The notes under the pieces are model-generated. The model ran no database searches. It was not told the DNA's origin and worked only from the letters and a program-made list of their open reading frames with translations. DNA of 64,000 bases from contig CM068761.1 in NCBI GenBank assembly GCA_035084275.1, positions 8,432,001-8,496,000 of the forward strand. Direction: 5' to 3'. The stretch comes from Hydrolagus colliei. Taxonomy: Eukaryota. Positions 11,461 through 23,584 of this stretch are shown piece by piece (positions within the stretch are counted from its first letter, which is position 1; each line of letters opens with the position of its first letter). Position numbers and translations under genes: made by a program.

Positions 11461-11735
11461 TGTAGGTCAGTTTAGAAGACTTGCCTTACAATCGAGTGAC
11501 CTGGGTTTGATTCGTCAGGGCGAAACCTTGGGTAGATTACCTTACCCCACACGCTCGATAATAATCCCTAAAACCCCCCATTAATAAATTGATCATTTCA
11601 CGACTATTTGTTGGAAACAACTTTGCGTAATTGGCTGCCCCTTTCGCTCACATATACACAGTATATTCTGTGATGCGCTATCGGACGTCTAGAAGACGTG
11701 GAAAGCACCATTTTTAAATGAAGGATTATTATTAC
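11461..11735 (+). mobile_element. Deu-domain SINE upstream of gene 1 promoter
   Basis: tRNA-like head, core TTTGCGTAATTGGCTGCC, tail GGACGTC..GAAAGCAC. Confidence 0.7.
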
Positions 11736-11883
11736 TTTATCAAGGTCTTCAGGTTGACACATTAGTCAATGTTACCATGAACCAAATTTTGAAATCCGGG
11801 CAGTAAATTGGTTCAAATTTGCAAGATGCTACATCTGCTGTTCAGAACAATGATTCCTATTGGACGATGGAAGCCGGAGGAGA

Positions 11884-11891
11884 ATTTGCAT
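11884..11891 (+). promoter_or_regulatory. Ig promoter octamer, gene 1
   Basis: ATTTGCAT 125 nt before ATG; CACCTG E-box and TTCTTAAG TATA-like element follow. Confidence 0.85.
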
Positions 11892-12015
11892 AAATTGTGA
11901 ATTCAACTGGACTTGCATCACCTGATGGTTCTTAAGCACAAGTTTACAATCGAGCAGTAAAGTGGCTTTTGTCTGTGAATCACTGATTTCTCTGATGTTC
12001 ATCAAACTGTTCACA

Positions 12016-12064
12016 ATGGGCGATTGGCTCCGAGTTCTGGCCACTTTGCTCCTGTGTCTGCATG
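12016..12064 (+). CDS. IGL: Ig lambda light chain gene 1, leader exon (MGDWLRVLATLLLCLH-G)
   Basis: ATG at 12016, hydrophobic signal peptide, phase-1 GTAAG donor at 12065; octamer 125 nt upstream. Confidence 0.95.
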
Positions 12065-12174
12065 GTAAGCGCTGCGGAATCCGCCCTGATCTCAATTAGC
12101 TTCACTTTGTACAGTTAGTTCTACAGTGTGACGTATCTACAGTGTGACTTATCTGTGACTTGTTATTTCTCCAG

Positions 12175-12531
12175 GAACAACCGCAGCTGTTACCCTGACT
12201 CAGCCACCGTCCATCTCAACCTCCCCGGGAAACACCGTCAAGATCACCTGTACCATGTCCGGAGGCAGCATCGGCAGCTACTACACGAGCTGGTACCAGC
12301 AGAAGCCTGGCAGCGCCCCTGTGTTTGTTTGGTATGAGTACAGTAGTAGCTCCATCAGAGGTCAGGGGATTCCTGATCGATTCACTGGTTCTGTGGACTC
12401 ATCGAGCAACGCCATGCATTTAACCATCAGCGGTGTGCAGCCGGAGGACGCCGCCGATTACTACTGTGGTGTCTGGTATAGCAGCAGCTATCCCTTCATC
12501 TTTGGTACAAGGACCAAGCTGAGTTTGAAAA
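12175..12531 (+). CDS. IGL: Ig lambda light chain gene 1, germline-joined VJ exon
   Basis: TTTCTCCAG acceptor; reads TTAAVTLTQPPSISTSPGNTVKITC..WYQQKPGSAPVFVW..DYYCGVWYSSSYPFIFGTRTKLSLK in one frame, then GTAAGT donor; no RSS between V and J. Spliced gene gives 242 aa. Confidence 0.96.
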
Positions 12532-14149
12532 GTAAGTAATCTTGTTTCGACTTTAGATGATAATTGTGATCACGTCAGGAGGACGTCCAAATATAATTGT
12601 ATGTTTGTCTGTATTCGATATTGTTTCACACGCTTTCTGTGATAGTCACATCTGGTTTCCTAATGGTAAACCTTTTATGTGGAAATCGGAATTTTTAAAG
12701 AATCAAACACACGATGCCTGATGTTAACTGAAATTCTGTGAAGAATTTGGACGGATATTACAGCCAACTAACAATGGTAAAAAGGTGGAGAAGGACTGAC
12801 ATAAGCGAAGATGAGATAATCGTGGTGATATTTATACTTAACATTCTGAAGGCTTGAAGATGTCAGATTCACTGAAGCACCGCTCAGAGATCCTGATAAA
12901 GAATGAGCTACACCAGGGAAATTAGTTCACACTTCACGCCTGAGATTGAAGTTAAATCTCTTTGTGCCAGATTATTTAATTTCTATGTTTACTTGTTAAC
13001 CTCTTTCCCCAGTTTGTCAGCACGAAGTGATGTTTAAAAGAATCTCCATCATAAGGAGATCAACAGTATATTTCCATCTGGTGACTGTCGCTGGGGTCTA
13101 ATGGACCGAATGGTGAGCGGTTGAATCTCAGAGGGAACCAGATACCCTGAAAATAGTGTTCGTCCGTGACTAACTGATCATTTTGAAAATTTAAACTTCT
13201 TTGAGACTGAGTAACATTATGTGTAACCAATATATGGATGATATAGAATAACTGTTGCCCAGTTTGTTCTCAGCATTAGTACGCATTCAAATCTAATCAA
13301 TTCGTTTTAGAATAACTCAAATGTTATAATCTGCTCCGTGTTATTGCCATAAACAGTCTTTGCATGTTAACATTTTTCTATTCCAGAGTTCTATTCGGAG
13401 TTGTTCAAATATTTTAATTTCTCCCCATTACCACGATTAAAATACATTTCTATTTTACCATTTATTGAACGCATTTATCTTCAGATTTCTAATTTTACAA
13501 ACGTATTATTTTCTCCCAATTCCGTGGTTGATGTCGCTAAGGGCAGCACCATTGGAGAGACTCAATAATATCATGGTTTTCACCACAAGTTGCTGCAGTT
13601 GGTCAGATGGGAATCATTCCTCATTAAAGACAGAGGCTGAGCGCCGGCTCAATCTGGTCAAAATACATTTTCTTCCTTGAAAATTAACTTTATTGTTGCC
13701 CTCAGGCATCATATGAAAGGGATTCCCATTTGCGTATTGTGATTTGTGTATTGTTAATTGTGACTTGTGTATTGTGCGCTGTTAATTATGAATTAAAATC
13801 AGCAAATACGGTGCCAAATAAATTATTGTGAAATCGGAAGCCCCTTTCTGTAACCAATCAAACATTGGATTCTGATTGTGCTCTTAAATAGCTTTTCAGT
13901 GCAGAGTGTTTGGACAAAAAGACAACGTTCATTTTCGTCCTATTTTCAGGATCTTACTCTTTTTACAAACTCTATCGAATTAATAATGATGTTTCACTTC
14001 GTTTTCACTCAGCGCCTCCCGCCACATAATCCTTGTGACGCGACGTTTAGTGTCTAGTGTTATTTCATTTGATTGTATTTACTAATTAGGTGAATTGAGG
14101 AAAATTTTAACGTTTGCCCACCACTGCAAAAAACCCTATAATAAATTGG

Positions 14150-14270
14150 TCATTTCAATCCACGACAGTTTGTGAGACACTGCCTTGCGCAATTGGTTTG
14201 TACAGTATATTTTGAGAAATTTAAGACGCCAAGAGCACTATATCAAATGCGAGGATTATTATGATTATTG
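14150..14270 (+). mobile_element. Deu-SINE remnant in the J-C intron; paralogs at ~28130-28280, 43190-43300, 47335-47440
   Basis: TTTGTGAGACACTGC..GCGCAATTGG core plus AGCACTATATCAAATGC tail. Confidence 0.5.
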
Positions 14271-14551
14271 TTGAGCTCTCAGCAGCAAACTATTGATAGT
14301 ATAATAATGAACGGTGTGTGATGGTGTATGATGATCCCCAACACTCATTGTTCCCTTTATATTGTTACACTTGAACATTACCGTCTAAAACTCTACACAA
14401 GAAAATATTTTACCATATACAGGAATATGAACTACTGTATATGATTATTTATTGGTGATCCTGAAGTTTTGTCGTGGTATTCAACAGGTCGATTGTAACT
14501 TAAAATGTTAAAAAATGAATTAAAAAATTTTTATCCACATTTTTGTTCCAG

Positions 14552-14874
14552 ACCCACGGGCCCCCTCGATGACGGTCCTTCCGCCGTCACCAGATCAAAT
14601 CACAGCTAATTGCAAGGCGACCCTGGTGTGTCTGGTGAATGATTTTAACCCGGGAGCTGTGGAGGTCAAGTGGACTGTGGATGGCAGTGCCAGAAGTGAA
14701 GGTGTTGAAACGAGTGCGATCAATCAGGAGGTGGACAACACGTACAGCGTGAGCAGTTATCTGACTCTGCCAGCCTCCGAGTGGGAGTCACACGAGCTGT
14801 ATTCCTGTCTGGTCACACATGAGACTCGGGGGACTCCGCTCGAAAAAACCATCGCCAGATCCAGTTGTATCTAA
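14552..14874 (+). CDS. IGL: Ig lambda light chain gene 1, constant exon C1
   Basis: TTTTGTTCCAG acceptor; Ig C1-set domain ATLVCLV..W..YSVSSYL..YSCLV, ending RSSCI-stop with the penultimate Cys for the heavy-chain bond. Confidence 0.96.
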
Positions 14875-15186
14875 ATTAGAAGCATACAGAGCTAGTAGAA
14901 TTTGTCTTTGGCAATCTACATTAATAATAAGAACTGTGTTAATAAGTGTTCGGAAATTAAAGTAATTAGGTCAGGAATGCCTAAATTGAAAAATAAATTC
15001 GCTTAAATACCTCCGATAAATTTCCAACTAAAGAAAGAAGCTGTTAGATTTTTAAGTAGAGTGTTACAATACGGCAATAATAATTTTTCTGTTTCCTGGA
15101 ATTAAATAGTTGTATTTTATAGTTGTTCACGATGCAAGAATCAAACGCCCTGTGCAACATTACAGAAATAAGAAATACTACAGTTT

Positions 15187-15192
15187 AATAAA
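15187..15192 (+). terminator. Polyadenylation signal after C1
   Basis: AATAAA at a position conserved after all four C exons; another AATAAA at 14992. Confidence 0.6.
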
Positions 15193-16869
15193 ATAACTCT
15201 TTCATTTCCATCTGTGCCATGGCTATTTTTCTTCCATTTCTGCTCTTAATTTCATTATTATTTTGTCTAAAACACGACTTTGATCTGATCAATTAAACAT
15301 ACATGCAGTATTTATATGCCTTTGAAATTTATCGAGCAGAATTTTGGAAACATCTTAATCTTGGTCGCTAATTGGGATCCTTTTTATGTTGTTGTTAAAA
15401 AGAACCATCCTTCAAAGTAAACTCAATATCAATGAAAATTAAAGTGAATTCAAATTATCGCACAATGTTCAGTGTTAAGTCATGATTGTTGTTACAGGCT
15501 GAGTACGTGTGAAATGCTCTCCCCAACAATACGGTACATCCACCTTGGGTTTGGAAGATAATTCATTGAGATACTTTTGCCCCCTGTCTCTCCAGCCCGC
15601 CAATCTCTATAGAACTAAATCAAAGTATTACTCAAGTGCTTCACTCGATCATGATGCTGAGCTTTTGTGTTGTCAGAAGGAGTCACAACCTATTGAAAGG
15701 TTATATGACCATCAGACGCAAATGAAATATCAAAATGTACCCACTCCGAAGAGCTCATTGCAGAGTTCCTCCCCTCCCCACCCCGTGGTCAGTGAGCTCC
15801 AAACCTGCCTTAAAGATACCAACTTCCGCATTGCAGCATTGCACAGACCTTTTAACACACGCAGGTGTCCCTGGAGTTTCTTTCAATACTTTAATCTGCT
15901 GTCCATTCTAGTCAATGTTTTCATTTTGTTGCAAACAATTAAATCAGTACATTTTAACCACTAAATAGATCTGTTCTTTGTGGGTCGATATCAAAACAAG
16001 TGTAAAACATTGAAATGGAACTATGGTAATAGGAAGCTGGACAACTACGTGTCTGAAATTTTCGAATTGCAGCTGGTACTTATGTAATCGAGATGTTCAC
16101 ATAACTCATATGGAACGAATCCCAAGCTCTGGCTAATGTAACAATATAATAGCATATAGTTATGGTTGAATTGAGAGAATTGATTATTTGGAAGCGAATA
16201 GTATAATTGATTGAACCAATAAAAACAATGAAATAGTAAAATGAATGTAACACTCAACACAACCGACAGTGTGCGGGCCATGTTCGGCATTCACGTAATA
16301 TAGTTTGCTTGTCTCCTAGTCTAAGAATTTGCATTTGTTAATGCTTATGAATGCTTATCACAACCAACCAGGTCCGAGATCCACGTTGACGTATTCTGAC
16401 TCATGCTCTAATTTGTGAGTAAAAATTGTAAGTGTTGATTGTACTTCATGGGGGAGGAGGATTCAAAAATGTTATTTTGGTCATCGTTCACCACCATGTT
16501 ATATTCTGTTTTGGTGGGCCTAATGCCGGAAAACACATATTGATACGGCATAAACGTGTGCTTAATGACAACGATACTTAAGAAATCTTTTTAACGTAGT
16601 GGATATATAATCTCTTTAAGTAATTATCAATACTGGATCTGCTCAAGTAACGTTGGGGATTTGTTGTTAAAAATGTGATTTTAAGTGAAATACTGTATAG
16701 GGAAACCTAAATTACCATAGCCCCTAATGCAATCAACAGGGATTATGTGTCTTGAGCACATTTCTGGTTCACATTTTCTGACACTAATATTGAATAAAGT
16801 TCAAAAAGAACACCACTAGTATTGAAAATAAAATTTAAATAAAAGTTTAAAGTTTAATAAACACTTAAA

Positions 16870-17815
16870 TTGGATAATAACAACAAAAGTACATTGATAG
16901 AGCGCCTTTCATGTCAGGAGGATATCCCAAGTCGTTGAACAGACAGATCAGGTCTCGATCAGTTAAATGGGGGGTGGGGGGAAGGACAATAGGAAAGGGG
17001 GGAGTGTTAGGCAGTGAGGAGAAGGCACGGTCAAAGAGCAAGATGTTGAGACCGACCTAAAAGGAGGAAAGGGACGAACAGAGGTGAACGGGTTGTGGAA
17101 TGGAGTTCCAGAGTGTGGGGCAGTGTGGCTGAAAGCCGGGTCACTATGATAGGTCAGTTTCGGATGGGGAACATGGAGCAGGAAAAAGCCCGCTGAACAG
17201 TGGGGATGGGCACGCTGATAGGGAGTCAGTAGGCTGGAAAGATAGGCCGAGAGAAGGCAATGAATGGCCTTGAAAGTGAGGATGAGGATCTGGAATTTAA
17301 CCATGTGGATGATGGGGAGCCAGTGGAGATGTGCGAGGTTGGGAGTGATGTGGTCGCGGAGCCTAATGCAGGAGAGTCCATGAGCTGCAGAATTCTGAAT
17401 ATTCTTCTGTATTTGAGCCTAGATGTGATGAAAGCGTGGATGAGTTTTTCAGCAGCATGGGGGATGAGGTAGTGGCGGAGTCTATCAATGCTGCGGAGTT
17501 GTTGGAAGGCTGTACTGGTCATGGAGCGGATATATGGGTGGAAGGGTACTTTGGGGTTGAACAAGACACCCAGATTCCTGACTGGCTTCAAGAGGTGGAG
17601 AGTGCACCCTTGAATGCCGATGTTGCCAGCACCTGAGCTGTGGAGTCTCTGACGTGAGTGAATCAGGACGGCCTCTGTCTTGTTGATGTTTAATTGGAGA
17701 ATGTTGTCCATTGTCGAGGATTAAATGATGGACAGATATGCAGTCAGAATTGCATTAGTCCTGGAGTTGAGGGTGGAAGCGGAAAGGTAGAGTTGGGTGT
17801 CTTCCGCTTAAATAT
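16870..17815 (-). mobile_element. L2-clade LINE 3' fragment
   Basis: LQLNINKTEAVL, LIHAFITSRL motifs; L2-type tail (rev-comp of GAAAGGCGCT..) at ~16900. Confidence 0.85.
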
Positions 17816-18507
17816 CGGGAGTATGCACCAAAACTCATCATCCGTGCTGTGATTGGTTTGAAATTGTGATGGGTGGAAGCACGACCAATGTACGATGAAC
17901 GAGAAAGGACTTGAGATGAGATTTCAATGAGTGAAGGCAGTACAAGGCAAAGTGTTTCCAAGACAATTTCCCCAAGGAGTATGGCCAAAACATGATGAAG
18001 GCCTTTCGTGATGAATGCAAGAATGATTGTCTCTGCTGCAGAAGTGGATAGGCCGAGGCAGTGTTGTTCAATATAGTGGAAGTGCAGGAATACAGAACTG
18101 TGGGTGACATCCAAATTGGGAAAAGGAAAGATCAGCATCCAGGAGAATAGTGATGCTTTGTAGAAGCTCTGGGCGGTGATAAATGAAATTGTGAATAGTG
18201 CTGTTGTCAGTTCTTTGGGTGAGGAATTGCAAACAGGAGCCAAATGAGATGGCCTTCACCTTGTCAACTTTAAACTGTAGAAAATTAGCCATTATTCAGG
18301 GCTTGCTGCCTGAAAATGGAAGGAAACCCATTGAGAAATATGGAGGAACAGCTTGAACACATGTTTGTTTGTAAACAACAAGAACAAAATACAATTTCTA
18401 TAGCACCTTTCAAATTAGGAGGACGTCCCAACGCACTGACCAGTCAGTTAGGGACCAGAGCGGGGGTCAGGGGTCAGTATAGGAGGAAGTAGAGTAAGAG
18501 AAGTGAC

Positions 18508-21500
18508 GGGCGGGGGGCTTTAAACTAATCCCGGGTGGTGAGGGTGGGAAACTGATCAGTAGTTCAGATACGGGAGGGGTAACAAAGAGGACAGGGGTAA
18601 GGGTAAGATGGGAGAAAAGAGCAGAGGAAGTAATTTGTGCCTTAGAGTGCATGTATGTGAATGCACGAAGTTTGAGAAATACAATTGGTGAGCTGCAGGC
18701 TGAGGTTGCTGCGAGGCGATATGATGTTATAGCAGTAACAGAGACTTGGCTCCAGCATGGGCAGGAATGGGATTTGAACATTCCTGGTTATAATGTATTC
18801 AAGAGGGATAGAGAAGGGAGAAAAGGGGGCGGGGTGGCAATTTTAGTTAAGGACTCAGTGACTGCCTTAGAAAGGAACGAGGTGGAAGAAGGACTAAAAA
18901 CCGAATCTATCTGGTTAGAAATGAGGAATAAAAAAGGTGCAGTTACACTGTTAGGGGTATACTATAGACCACCAAATAGTGGGGAGGAGATAGACAAGCA
19001 GATCTGCAAGCGTATCACGGAGAAATGCAGAGCTATAGAGAGTGATAATGGGTGACTTCAACTATCCCAACATAGACTGGCAGAATAGTAGAGTAAAGGG
19101 CAAGGAGGGAGAAGAATTCCTGAAGTGTGTGCAGGACAACTTTCTTGATCAGTATGTTTCCAGTCCAACGAGGAAAGAAGCATTGCTGGATCTAGTTTTG
19201 GGAAATGAGGTAGGGCAAGTTCAACAGGTTTCTGTAGGTGAGCATCTAGGGAATAGTGACCACAATATCGTTAGATTCAGAATAATTATGGAAAGGGATA
19301 AGGAACGATCACAAGTGAGGACACTCAACTGGAAAAGGGCTAATTTCAATGAGTTCAGGTGGGACCTAGCCAAGGTGGATTGGAAAGAAAAATTGGCAGG
19401 TAAGACAACTAACGAGCAGTGGGCAGCGTTCAAAGAGGAGATAGTTCAGGCACAGGTCAAAAGAATCCCCACAAAGGTGAAATGTAAGGTATCCAAACCT
19501 CCCTGGATGACTTAGGAAATCGGGGCCAACATAAAACAAAAAAAAGAGGCTTCTGATAAGTGTCAGGCTCAAACTTCAGAAGGGAACCAAGCAGAATATA
19601 GGAAGTGTAGGATAGAACTAAAAAAGGAAGTTAGAGGGGCAAAGAGACTGCATGAAAAACAATTAGCGAGTAAGATTAAGGGGAACCCTAAGGTGTTTTT
19701 ACCAACATATTAAGAGTAAAATGTTGGTCAAGGATAGGGTGGGGCCAATTAGGGACCTAGGAGGAAATCTCATTGTGGAGGCAGAGGGCATGGCTGATGT
19801 ACTGAATGAGTACTTCGCCTCTGTCTTCACAAAAGAAAAGGATACAGCCAATACCATGGTATTAGAGGAGAGGGTAGGAGAAATGGATAGAATAATTATA
19901 ACCAGAGAGGAAGTTCTAAAAGGTTGACGTTGCTCAAGGTGGATAAGTCACCTGGTCCGGATGGGATGCACCCTAGGTTACTAAGTGAGGCACGGGAGCA
20001 TATAGCAGGGACTCTGGCCACGATCTTTCAATCTTCCTTGGACACAGGGGTCGTGCCAGAGGACTGGAGGATAGCTAATGTTACTCCCTTGTATAACAAG
20101 GGGCAGAAGGACAAGCCTGGTAACTACAGACCAGTCAGACTAACGTCGGTAGTGGGCAAACTTCTAGAGTCCATAATCAGGGACAAGGTAGATCTTCACT
20201 TAGAAAGATGTAGGCTAATAAAGGACAGTCAACATGGATTTGTTAAAGGCAAATCTTGCCTTACAAATCTGATAGAATGTTTTGATGAGGTAACGGAATG
20301 GGTGGATAATGGTAGCGCAGTTGACGTAGTTTACATGGACTTTCAAAAGGCTTTTGACAAAGTGCCACATGAGAGACTTATTATGAAATTAAAGGCCCAT
20401 GGCATAAAAGGAACAGTGGCAGCGTGGATCCACAACTGGCTGCGAGACACAAAGCAGAGAGTTGTAGTGAGCGGCTGTTTTTCAGATTGGAGGGAAATGA
20501 GCAGTGGTGTGCCACAGGGATCAGTTTGGGGACCATTGCTGTTTGTAATCTACATCAATGATCTGGACTTGGGTGTACGGAGTACAGTTTCCAAGTTTGC
20601 AGATGACACTAAGTTAGGGAGAATAGTAAATAGTGAGGAGGATAGTAGCCATCTGCAAGAGGATATAGACAAATTGGTAAAGTGGGCAAACACATGGCAG
20701 ATGAAGTTTAATGCAGAGAAGTGTGAGGTGATGCATATTGGGAGAAGAAATGAAGGGAGGCAATATAGGCTAGATAGTACAATTTTAAATGGTGTGAAGG
20801 AACAGAGAGACCTGGGGATTTGTGTTAGTGACTCGTTGAAGGTGGCAGGACAGGTAGACAAGGCTGTTAAGAAGGCATATGGGATACTAGGCTTTATAAA
20901 TAGGGGTATAGAGTACAAAAGTCAGGAAGTGCTGACTAACCTCTATAGGACTTTGGTGAGGCCTCAGCTGGAATACTGTGTTCAATTCTGGTCACCACAC
21001 TACAGAAAGGATGTGAAGGCATTGGAAAGGGTGCAGCGAAGATTTACTAGGATGGTGCCAGGATTGAGGGACTTCAGCTATGAGGAGAGGCTAGATAGGC
21101 TAGGGTTATTCTCTCTGGAGCAGAGAAGATTGAGGGGATACCTAATAGAGGTTTATAAGATCATGAGGGGTTTCGACAGGGCAAATAGAGAAAAACTATT
21201 TCCACTCGTGGGTGAATCTGTGACTCGTGGTCACAGATTTAAAATAGTTTCCAGGTGAAGTAGAGGGGAGCTGAGGAGAAATTTTTTCACTCAGCGAGTT
21301 GTTCGAATCTGGAATGCATTGCCTGAAAAGGTGGTGGAGGCTGATTCGATAACAACTTTTAAAAGGGAATTAGATCTTTATTTAGGGAGAACAGGTCTAT
21401 TAGGCTATGGGGAGCGGGAAGGGCAGTGGGATTGAATCGCTCTTTTCAAAGAGCCGGCACAGACTAGATGGGCCGAATGGCCTCCTTTTGTGCCGTAAAA

Positions 21501-21523
21501 TTCTATGAATCTATGAATCTATG
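18508..21523 (+). mobile_element. CR1-clade LINE, 5'-truncated: last ORF1 codons plus disrupted ORF2 (APE endonuclease and RT)
   Basis: Starts GRGALN* (ORF1 end); EN motifs YVNARS, VTETW, GDFN; RT motifs MDFQKAFDKV, GVPQGS, FADDTK; frameshifts near 19040, 19700 and 19920, stops at 19513 and 21256, likely natural stop 21435; ends in (A/T)TCTATGA tail repeats. Confidence 0.95.
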
Positions 21524-21594
21524 TATATTTGTGAGCAAAACACGGCAGCCAAAAGTTGAGCACAGCAGTGTCCCACGAATAATCGTGGGAGTGG

Positions 21595-22115
21595 GGCTAG
21601 GGGAGAAAGGTGGAAAAGAGCATAAGTGGGGAGGGGGAGGGAAAGATGAGGTGAGGTGACGTCGGGGAGGAAAAGGGTAGGAGATAGGGGGTTAAGGTGT
21701 CTAGGGAGGGAAAGGTGGTGGTGGGGCAAAAATCAGGGAGTAATGGGTGGAGTAAGGGGGTTAAGGGGGAACAGGGAGGGAAAGGATGAAAGTGGGAAAG
21801 GGAAAGAATGGGGGGAAAGGGAGCAGTTGGATGGAAGAGGGAGAAGAGGGGGGGTGGAAAAAAGGGAAGAAAGGTGGGAAGAGCGGGAGGGGAAAGAAAG
21901 AGAGGGTGGAGTTGAAAGAGCGAGAGGAAGGAAAGGGGTAGTATGTGGTGGGGGGAAGAGAGAGGATGAAAGAGAGGCAATGAAAGAGGGAAGTGAAGAG
22001 GAGTGGGGCGTAGAGATAGGCAAAGAAGAGAGGTAAAAGGGGTGGAGAGCAAGGAGGAATGCTAGCGAGGGAAGTAATGGGGGGAAAGGTTAGAGGGCAA
22101 AAGTAGGGTGATTAA
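21595..22115 (+). repeat. Polypurine tract
   Basis: Composition; homologous to 3130-3655. Confidence 0.9.
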
Positions 22116-22150
22116 TTAACGACAACAAAAAACAGAACAATAACAATAAT

Positions 22151-22300
22151 GAAGTCCTTGAGCTCGCCATTGCTTGTCCTCACCATCTACCTGGACGATC
22201 TACTTAAGATGGAACTGGACGTAGGTGAAGTGGGAGGAGAGGGCCAACAGTGATGAGTTGAACACCACCTGCTCGGCCTCCAGCCGCTGCAGTTTCTCAT
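22151..22300 (-). pseudogene. RUNDC1-like N-terminal fragment, copy 3
   Basis: EKLQRLEAEQVVFNSSLLALSSHFTYVQFHLK*IVQVDGEDK/ELKDF. Confidence 0.75.
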
Positions 22301-22344
22301 GGATTTGGCCTAGTATGGTGACATGCCCCAAACCAACCAGCACC

Positions 22345-22669
22345 TCAGCCGGTGTACTTGGTGATGGTCATGATGCTCTCGGACACGGCGTGTTTGTCCA
22401 GCTCACCCAGCAGCAGAAGCATGACCGCCATCTAGATCTCCCGCGATAAGATGGTCTGCCACGTGCTATACTGGATCAGGTAATATGCCTCGCAGGCGAT
22501 CCACTCGAAGATGTCTTTGACGAACGAGTTTACACATTCATGGCTGATGCTGGGATGTCCGTGTTTTGGTGGACCTGCTTCAGCACCTTGTATATGTAAC
22601 TCTGTGGCTTGCGGTAGTGGCGTCTAACCCTGCTGTTTGTCCACTGCCAGCGCCTTTTTCAGGGACCAC
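22345..22669 (-). pseudogene. Histone H2B pseudogene, copy 3
   Basis: Same H2B histone-fold motifs with indels. Confidence 0.9.
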
Positions 22670-23584
22670 CGAAGTGGTCAGCGGCTTGGGATATCTTTCT
22701 GATGTGAAATTTGCTCTATAAATGAAACTTTTTTTTGCTGTTGTTCAGTCCCATATTTCTATATTCTGTTGATAAGCTTGATCAGTTGAATCAAAATAAT
22801 GCTAACGATGATAATGATAACTGGATACCTGGGCTAAATCATTTCCTGACTTTAAACAAAATCTGATTATGACCACATGTCATAAAGCACATGAAGAAGC
22901 AAACGCCTCGTATCCTGTCCAGCAATGACACAAGTAAAATTAGCATTGATTTCAACGACCATCATGGCCGAGAAACTGTAAGATATTAAAATGCACAAAG
23001 GCTTCCACGTTTACCTAAATAATATACGCAATATATCCAGTGAAACATCACTTGAAACGAAAAGTCATCATTAAATGAAAGGTTCTTTCTCAAAGGTATT
23101 ATTATTTATTTCATTTTTAATACGCTACAACTGTGAGTTTTTTTTATGGATGGTCACTTTGGATTTCTATGCATGAGCAAATCACTGGAGCTTGACCTGT
23201 CTAAAACATGCATTGGATCATCGCATGTGAAGACTTCCAAACAAGTGAGTTTTCAAATTGAAGAATTGAATGTATCACCTTCTGAAATGCACTGGTGTGT
23301 ATATCCTACACTGTTGGAGGTGCCATCCTTTGGATTACACTTTAAACCAAATACCGTTTTCTTGTTAATATGGACGCTAAGTTTCCCATGTCACAATGCA
23401 AATGGGGAACAAAGCGTTTGGTGTCCTGGCCAACAATTGTCCCAATAAAATTATCATTCATTTCAAGGCTGTTTGTGAATCATCACCATGCACAAATTGG
23501 CTGCTACATTTTTCTAAACAGCATGTACTGTATATTCTGAGAAGCATCATGACCGGTCCTCTTGATATGAAACGTGCTTTGTGA

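Larger units (their letters stand above)
1..11585 (+). repeat. Segmental duplication, copy 1 of the ~52.35 kb higher-order repeat
   Basis: Matches 52354-64000 with offsets 52343-52415. Confidence 0.95.

Noticed and set aside
12121-12152. Heptamer-like TACAGTG / CACACTG in the leader intron, and TACTGTG at the Tyr-Cys codons of V1 and V2, as RSS
   Set aside because: No nonamer seen at 12 or 23 spacing, and no unrearranged V or J segment in the window; the embedded heptamer is a routine feature of YYC codons
21595-22115. Purine tracts as Ig switch regions
   Set aside because: No dense AGCT repeats, located upstream of light-chain promoters, and light chains do not class-switch
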